From Trichlorobacter lovleyi SZ (lineage in GTDB: Bacteria > Desulfobacterota > Desulfuromonadia > Geobacterales > Pseudopelobacteraceae), in contig NC_010814.1 in NCBI RefSeq assembly GCF_000020385.1, positions 360,001 to 392,000 of the forward strand: DNA of 32,000 bases, read 5' to 3'. The notes under the pieces are model-generated. The model was not told the DNA's origin, ran no database searches, and saw only the letters and a program-made list of their open reading frames with translations. Shown here one piece after another: positions 26,179-32,000 of the stretch (position 1 is the stretch's first letter; every line of letters starts with the position of its first letter). A program made the position numbers and the translations under genes.

Positions 26179-28686
26179 ATGAAAGCAGTCATCATGGCCG
26201 GCGGCTTCGGCACCCGCATCCAACCCCTCACCAGCAGTATGCCAAAACCGATGATTCCGCTCTTTAACCGGCCGATCATGCTGCATATCGTTGAACTGCT
26301 CAAAAAACATGACATTACTGATCTGGTAATGCTGCTCTACCATCAGCCTGAAGTGATTAAGAAATTCTTTCGGGATGGTTCCGACTTCGGGGTCAAGATC
26401 ACCTACGTCACCCCGATTGAGGATATGGGCACTGCCGGGGCGGTCAAGGCGGCAGAAAAGTACCTGGATGAGCGCTTTCTGGTCATATCCGGCGATCTGC
26501 TGACCGACTTCAACCTGAAGAAGGTGCTTGATTTCCATGCCGACAACAAGGCCATGGCCACCATTACCCTGACCTCGGTCAAAGATCCGCTGCAGTTTGG
26601 CGTGGTAATTACAGATAAAGAAAAGCGGATCACCCAGTTTCTGGAGAAGCCGGGCTGGGGTGAGGTGATCTCCGACACCATCAACACCGGCATCTATGTG
26701 TTGGAGCCGGAGATCTTCAACTACATCCCCAAGGGGGAAAACTTCGATTTTTCCCAGGACCTGTTCCCGTTGATGCTGCAGAACAGTGACCCGCTGTTCG
26801 GTTTCTCTGCCAAGGGGTACTGGCGGGATATCGGCAACACCGACTCCTACCGCGAGGCCTATCACGACATCTTCAAAGGCAAGGTCAACCTGAAGATTGA
26901 CGAGGAAAAACAGGATTTTGTCGGCAAAGATCTGCGGATTGGGGCTGATGTGACCCTTGAGGATGCCTCGGGCCTGTCCGGCACCGTGGTTATCGGTGAC
27001 AACTCTCAGATCCGGGGTGAGGTCCAGATCAAGGATTCAGTGATTGGCCGCAACTGCACCATTGAAGCTGGAGTAAAGCTGAACCGCTGCGTGCTGTGGG
27101 ACAATGCCTATGTCAAGAAGGGGGCAAAGGTTACCGACAGCGTGATCTGCACCAACGTGCGGGTGGGCCAGAATGCAGTGCTGGATGAAGGGGTGATCGT
27201 TGCTGATGACACCTCCATCGGCGATGATGTCAAGATCAAGGCCGATGTCAAGATCTGGCCCCGCAAGATGATTGAGGCAGGCTCCACCGTAACTGCCAAC
27301 CTGATCTGGGGTGAAAAGTGGAAGAAATCACTCTTTGAAGGGGCGATCATCAAGGGGCTTTCCAATGTGGAGCTGACCCCGGAGTTTGTGGCCAAGTTGG
27401 GCTGCGCCTATGGCACTACCCTGCCCAAAGGCAGTTATGTGCTGGGCGGCAGGGATGCCAACCGCTCTTCCCGCATGCTGAAGCGCTGCTTTGTGGGTGG
27501 TCTGCTTTCGGCCGGGGTCAATGTACGGGATATGACCATGACCTCGCTGCCGCTGATCCGCTACAAACTGAAGACCTTTGGCGAGGTGGGCGGCTTCCAT
27601 TTCCGTCAATCCAGCGATGATCCAGCCTCAATGGAGATCATCTTCCTGGATGGCGATGGCCTGGATTTTTCCAGTAACATGGCCAAGAACCTGGAGCGGA
27701 TCTTCTTTAAAGAGAACTTCCGAAGGGCCCACCATACTGAACCGGGTGCCTTGATTGATATCCCCCAGGCGATTGATTTTTATCGTGAAGGCTACCTGCG
27801 GGCCCTGAATGTAGAGGTCTGCCGCAAGGCGGCCTGGACCGTGGTGGTGGACTTCAACTACTCACCAGCCAGTCAGGTCCTGCCGATGCTGCTGAATGAG
27901 CTGGGTTGCAACGTAATCGCCCTGAACGCCTATGTGGATGATGGCCGTGGCGGCTGCGTTCCCAAGCCAAAACAGGAAGGGCTCAGGCAGCTTTCAGCCA
28001 TTGTCAGTTCACTGGGTGCCCAGGCTGGTTTCTGGCTTGAACCTGCGGTTGAGTCGATTACCCTGCTGGATGAAACCGGCACCATCTATGACGGGATTCA
28101 GCTTCTGACCCTGGTGATTGCCCTCCAGCTCAAGACCGATCAGCGGGGCACCATTGCAGTGCCGGTACAGGCACCGTCAACTATCGAACAGATGGCGCTC
28201 AAGAAGAAATGCGGCGTCACCCGCACCAAGAGCAGTGATCGGGCCATGCTTGAGGCTGCTTCCTCATCCGAGGTGATCCTGGCTGCATCCCCTGATGGTC
28301 GTTTTGCCTTCCCCCGCTTTCAGGCTGCCTTTGACGGCATGTATGCCATTGCCAAGCTGGTGGAGTTAGGGATAACCGTTGGTGTACCGTTTTCACGGGT
28401 TCTTGAAGAGGCTCCCAAACGGGCCTTCCTGCAGGCCAGCATCCCCTGTCCTTTTGAGATGAAGGGGGGGATCATGCGCAAGATGAGTGAGGATTCCCTG
28501 GAGCAGGAAGCATCCTTCATCGACGGCATCAAGGTGCAGTTTGACAATGACTGGGCACTGGTGCTGCCGGATCAGTACAGCTCCTTCGTCCATATCTTTG
28601 CCGAGGCAAAGGACGAAAAGACCGCTGGCAAATTACTGGATGAATACCGGAAAAAAGTTGAGAAGTGGAAGAAAGAGCTGGAGTAA
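26179..28686 (+). CDS. Sugar-1-phosphate nucleotidyltransferase with a left-handed beta-helix, fused to a phosphohexomutase (PGM/PMM)-like C-terminal region
   Basis: N-terminus GGFGTRIQPLTSSMPKPM is the NTP-transferase signature. Hexapeptide-repeat region at about residues 250-370. The C-terminal half aligns by eye with AlgC-type PMM/PGM (GRDANRSS, GLLSAGVNVRDM, DWALVLP...IFAEA). AAGGAGGAGG SD. Confidence 0.88.
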   Translation: MKAVIMAGGFGTRIQPLTSSMPKPMIPLFNRPIMLHIVELLKKHDITDLVMLLYHQPEVIKKFFRDGSDFGVKITYVTPIEDMGTAGAVKAAEKYLDERFLVISGDLLTDFNLKKVLDFHADNKAMATITLTSVKDPLQFGVVITDKEKRITQFLEKPGWGEVISDTINTGIYVLEPEIFNYIPKGENFDFSQDLFPLMLQNSDPLFGFSAKGYWRDIGNTDSYREAYHDIFKGKVNLKIDEEKQDFVGKDLRIGADVTLEDASGLSGTVVIGDNSQIRGEVQIKDSVIGRNCTIEAGVKLNRCVLWDNAYVKKGAKVTDSVICTNVRVGQNAVLDEGVIVADDTSIGDDVKIKADVKIWPRKMIEAGSTVTANLIWGEKWKKSLFEGAIIKGLSNVELTPEFVAKLGCAYGTTLPKGSYVLGGRDANRSSRMLKRCFVGGLLSAGVNVRDMTMTSLPLIRYKLKTFGEVGGFHFRQSSDDPASMEIIFLDGDGLDFSSNMAKNLERIFFKENFRRAHHTEPGALIDIPQAIDFYREGYLRALNVEVCRKAAWTVVVDFNYSPASQVLPMLLNELGCNVIALNAYVDDGRGGCVPKPKQEGLRQLSAIVSSLGAQAGFWLEPAVESITLLDETGTIYDGIQLLTLVIALQLKTDQRGTIAVPVQAPSTIEQMALKKKCGVTRTKSSDRAMLEAASSSEVILAASPDGRFAFPRFQAAFDGMYAIAKLVELGITVGVPFSRVLEEAPKRAFLQASIPCPFEMKGGIMRKMSEDSLEQEASFIDGIKVQFDNDWALVLPDQYSSFVHIFAEAKDEKTAGKLLDEYRKKVEKWKKELE

Positions 28687-28693
28687 CTGAACC

Positions 28694-30883
28694 GTGACCA
28701 CGCCGATTGACGTCATATTCCTTTGGCACATGCACCAGCCCTATTACAAGGACCCGGTCAAGGGGGAGTACGCCCTGCCCTGGACCTATCTGCATGCCAT
28801 CAAGGATTATTACGACATGCCGGCCATTGTGGAGGACACACCAGGGGCCAGGGCGGTCTTTAACCTGGTGCCGTCATTGGTGGAGCAGTTGCTGGAGTAT
28901 GCTGCCGGTACGGCAGTGGACCCCTTTCTGATCAAGGGACAGATGAATCCGGCAGATATGTCTGAAGAAGACCGGATCTTTTTGCTGGAAAACTTTTTTT
29001 CAGCCAACCGGCAGCGGATGATTGAGCCGCACCGCCGTTACCTTGAGTTGCTCTACATGGCTGGCGAAGGCAAACCAGGTGCCGTACGGGAGCGGGTCAG
29101 GCATTTCAGCCATCAGGACCTGCAGGACCTGCAGGTCTGCTTCTTTTTGTCCTGGACCGGCGAGGCGGCTCGTCGTCGCTTTCCTGTCTTTCAGGAGCTG
29201 CTGGCCAAGGGGCAGGGCTATACGGCAGAGGACCGGGCCCTGCTGTTTGCCACCCAGCACAAGCTGCTGAACGAGATTGTGCCGCTCTACAAACGGCTGC
29301 ATGCATCAGGACAGATTGAGCTGTCGGTCACCCCCTATTTCCATCCGATCCTGCCGCTTTTGTGCGATACACAGCTGGCGCGGGAGGCGATGCCAAAGGT
29401 GACGCTGCCCCAGGAGCGGTTCCGCCATCCGGAGGATGCCCGGGCCCATATTGGCCATGGGCTGCGTTATTTCCAGGAGGTCTTCGGCATCACACCCCGG
29501 GGGATGTGGCCTTCTGAAGGTTCGGTCAGTGACGAGGCCCTGCAGTTGATCCGCGAGTGTGGCCTTAGCTGGGTGGCTACCGATGAAGAGGTCTTGGCCC
29601 GCTCGCTGGATGGCGGTCTGGGGCCGCATCATGAACGGCTCTACCATCCCTGGCGCTTTGCCACTGCCAAGGGAGATCTGGGGATCTTCTTCCGTGACCA
29701 CCAGCTTTCCGACCTGATCGGCTTTACCTACAGCCAGTGGGATGCCCGCCGGGCAGTGGCCGACTTTACCGGGCGCCTGCGCCAGATCGGCCGCCAGGTG
29801 GGCAGTGAAGGCAAGGTGATCCCGGTCATCCTGGATGGTGAGAACGCCTGGGAGTTCTATCCGGACAATGCCTATGACTTCCTGTCCGGCATCTATGCCG
29901 CTGTTGCCGAGGCCCGGGATCTCAATCTGACCACCTGTAGTGATGTCCTGGCCCAATCAAGTTTTGAAGGCCGTCTGCACCGGATTCATCCCGGTTCATG
30001 GATCAATGCCAACTACGGCATCTGGATCGGCCACCCAGAGGAGAATCTGGCCTGGGATCTGGTGGCAGGCGCCCGCCGGGCGATTGTGGAACATCACCCC
30101 GAAGCCGCCCGTCAGCTTGCCAACGCCGGTATGGATGGCGATCAGGTGGCCCGCCTGCTCTGTACCTCGCTCTACGCAGCCGAAGGCAGCGACTGGTTCT
30201 GGTGGTTTGGTGACGACCACTTCTCGCCCCACAGTGATCGTTTTGACCGGCTGTTCCGTCAGCATCTCACCAATATCTACACCATGCTGGGAATCAGTCC
30301 GCCCCGGGAGTTGCTGGAGCCGATCAAGAAGAAGAGCCCCGCAGGTCTGGTGCGTGAACCGGCCGGTTTCATCGAGCCCGAGATCAACGGCCGGGTGGGC
30401 GACTACTTTGAATGGCTGGCAGCCGGCCTGTTTGACCTGACTCGCCAGGGGTCTGCCATGCACTCGTCTGATCGCCTGCTGCAGGGCTTTTACTGGGGCT
30501 ATAACCATGCTCAGCTCTACTTCAGAATTGACGGTATCCAGGAACTCTCGCGCCTGTTGAAAGAGAACGACATCCTGGCCCTGCATCTGATTGCCGACCG
30601 GGAATACCGTCTGCCGATGCAGCGCAGCATGGAAGAAGGGCTGTTACTGGTAAGGGAGCTGGGCAACTGGACCCCTACCAACAGCTGCTGCCGCTGGGCC
30701 ATTGACCGAACCTGCGAGGTGGCACTGCCGCTGGAAGGGCTGCATCTGCTGCCGAAATCCAAGCTGTTTGCCAGTGTGACCCTGACCCGTAACAGCGAAG
30801 AGATCGGGCGCTGGCCGTCGGATGCGCCGTTGATGCTGAATTATGAAGGGCCGGACCTGGAAGCAAATGACTGGCTGATTTGA
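28694..30883 (+). CDS. GH57 glycoside hydrolase (alpha-amylase / 4-alpha-glucanotransferase-like, long form with C-terminal domains)
   Basis: GH57 conserved regions are present: FLWHMHQPYY, GQIELSVTPYFHPILP, MWPSEGS (nucleophile Glu), ILDGENAWE (acid/base Asp), SDWFWWFGDDH. 729 aa. Confidence 0.92.
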   Translation: MTTPIDVIFLWHMHQPYYKDPVKGEYALPWTYLHAIKDYYDMPAIVEDTPGARAVFNLVPSLVEQLLEYAAGTAVDPFLIKGQMNPADMSEEDRIFLLENFFSANRQRMIEPHRRYLELLYMAGEGKPGAVRERVRHFSHQDLQDLQVCFFLSWTGEAARRRFPVFQELLAKGQGYTAEDRALLFATQHKLLNEIVPLYKRLHASGQIELSVTPYFHPILPLLCDTQLAREAMPKVTLPQERFRHPEDARAHIGHGLRYFQEVFGITPRGMWPSEGSVSDEALQLIRECGLSWVATDEEVLARSLDGGLGPHHERLYHPWRFATAKGDLGIFFRDHQLSDLIGFTYSQWDARRAVADFTGRLRQIGRQVGSEGKVIPVILDGENAWEFYPDNAYDFLSGIYAAVAEARDLNLTTCSDVLAQSSFEGRLHRIHPGSWINANYGIWIGHPEENLAWDLVAGARRAIVEHHPEAARQLANAGMDGDQVARLLCTSLYAAEGSDWFWWFGDDHFSPHSDRFDRLFRQHLTNIYTMLGISPPRELLEPIKKKSPAGLVREPAGFIEPEINGRVGDYFEWLAAGLFDLTRQGSAMHSSDRLLQGFYWGYNHAQLYFRIDGIQELSRLLKENDILALHLIADREYRLPMQRSMEEGLLLVRELGNWTPTNSCCRWAIDRTCEVALPLEGLHLLPKSKLFASVTLTRNSEEIGRWPSDAPLMLNYEGPDLEANDWLI

Positions 30884-31023
30884 AACGGTCTTTTTCCGTC
30901 CTGGCCCCGCCAATCTTCGGAATGTCTTGTGCAGCGTACTGCACGGTACGCCTCCGCGCCATTCCTTGATTGACGAGCCCATAACGAAAAAATCCTCGTT
31001 TCTATACAAAGAAGGGTATGTCT

Positions 31024-32000
31024 ATGTCCGAATTGCGTTGGGACCCATTAAAACTGCACTGGGTGATTATTGCCACCGAACGGGGCCGCCGTCCGCGGGA
31101 CTTCCAGTCTGAGCCGGAGCCGCTGCCGGTTACCTCCTGTCCGTTCTGTTACGGCAATGAAGACAAGACCCCGCCGGAGATCTTTGCCATCCGTCCCAGC
31201 GGCATGCCCAATACCCCCAACTGGAAGGTGCGGGTAATCCCCAACAAATACCCGGCGCTGCGGATTGAAGGTGAGCTGGAAAACCGGGGGCATGGCCCCT
31301 ATGACGTGATGAACGGTATCGGTGCCCATGAGGTGATTATTGAGACACCGGATCATGACAAATCCATGGCTGATCTGGCACCTGCTGAACTGACAGATGT
31401 GCTGGTTACGTGGCGTACGCGCCTGCTTGACCTGCGCCGGGATTTCCGTTTCCGTTACATGATCCTGTTCAAGAACCATGGCGCACGGGCCGGTGCCTCG
31501 CTGGCCCACTCCCACAGTCAGCTGATTGCCGTGCCGATGCTGCCGCCGGTGGCCACCACCGAGCTGAAGGTCTGCCGCACCCACTATGCCAACAAGGAGC
31601 GCTGCCTGTTTTGTGACCTGATCACCTTTGAGCTGGAACAGGGGGTGCGGGTGGTGCGGGAGTTTTCCAATTTTGTGACTCTGGCTCCTTACGCTGCCAG
31701 CTTTCCCTTTGAGCTGCGGCTGTATCCCAAGCGGCACAGCCATGACTTTGCCCTGATGAACGACGCGCAGCTGGCAGAGCTGGCCGTGGCCCTCAAGGAT
31801 ATGCTGATGCGGGTCAAGCTGGTGTTGAAGGATGCCCCCTACAACTTTATCCTGCACACCTGTCCGCCAATGCACAAGCGTCCCGGCAAGCCTGCTATGT
31901 GGACCTCGCTTGAGTATGACTACCACTGGCATATCGAGCTGGTGCCGCGCCTGACCTCCATTGCCGGTTTTGAATGGGGCACCGGTTTTTTCATTAATCC
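31024..32000 (+). CDS. galT: GalT-like HIT-family hexose-1-phosphate nucleotidyltransferase, 5' portion (3' end beyond the window)
   Basis: Frame 1 is open from ATG 31024 to nt 32000; I checked it codon by codon and found no stop. Translation starts MSELRWDPLKLHWVIIATERGRRP...CPFCYGNE...GAHEVIIE...LAHSHSQLIAVP...FEWGTGFFIN. It carries the CxxC zinc site and the HxHxQ active-site motif. GAAGGG SD lies 7 nt upstream. It is absent from the ORF track because no stop falls in the window. Confidence 0.88.
   Translation, partial: MSELRWDPLKLHWVIIATERGRRPRDFQSEPEPLPVTSCPFCYGNEDKTPPEIFAIRPSGMPNTPNWKVRVIPNKYPALRIEGELENRGHGPYDVMNGIGAHEVIIETPDHDKSMADLAPAELTDVLVTWRTRLLDLRRDFRFRYMILFKNHGARAGASLAHSHSQLIAVPMLPPVATTELKVCRTHYANKERCLFCDLITFELEQGVRVVREFSNFVTLAPYAASFPFELRLYPKRHSHDFALMNDAQLAELAVALKDMLMRVKLVLKDAPYNFILHTCPPMHKRPGKPAMWTSLEYDYHWHIELVPRLTSIAGFEWGTGFFIN

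Noticed and set aside
31048-31932. 294-aa ORF on the minus strand
   Set aside because: It is antisense to the GalT-like CDS. Its composition is skewed to R/G/P/H/Q and it has no motif. This is a typical shadow ORF of a GC-rich coding region.
1-32000. Scan for tRNA, rRNA, tmRNA, RNase P or SRP RNA signatures, CRISPR repeats, IS or transposase or integrase genes, toxin-antitoxin pairs and known defence genes
   Set aside because: I recognised none by eye on either strand. Intergenic space is small and mostly explained by promoters and terminators. A covariance-model scan (Infernal/Rfam, tRNAscan-SE) would be the decisive check.

Overview
GC-rich bacterial chromosomal window. Gene content and protein signatures look Geobacteraceae/Desulfuromonadales-like; that is inference from remembered homologues, not a search. 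I support 25 protein-coding genes, 23 on the + strand. I recognised no rRNA, tRNA, CRISPR array, transposase, integrase or phage gene. Order of content: (1) 3' end of a signalling protein with a Cache-like C-terminal module, a bacteriohemerythrin, and a large multi-pass hybrid histidine kinase translationally coupled to glgA and a class A PBP; (2) two small orphan genes; (3) a TetR-MacA-MacB-NodT/TolC efflux operon with a perfect 18+18 bp palindromic operator; (4) a coupled UbiD/UbiA/UbiX-like trio ending in a bidirectional terminator; (5) a flavodiiron protein on the minus strand; (6) radA, dksA, a Cys-rich GAF histidine kinase, a PilZ protein on the minus strand, and cysS; (7) a second GAF histidine kinase with an N-terminal six-Cys cluster and a degenerate ATP-binding domain, overlapping a stand-alone receiver; (8) an alpha-glucan-type cluster of a sugar-1-P nucleotidyltransferase fused to a phosphohexomutase-like domain with non-consensus catalytic loops, a GH57 glycoside hydrolase, and a GalT-like HIT transferase. 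The GalT-like gene runs off the 3' edge, so it is missing from the supplied ORF track, which shows only its antisense shadow ORF. Most of the window is ordinary core genome and I see no clear-cut new system. The most unusual item is the pseudo-kinase/receiver pair next to the nucleotidyltransferase with a degenerate mutase domain, GH57 and GalT-like genes. All functional calls rest on motifs read by eye and need HMM/BLAST confirmation.
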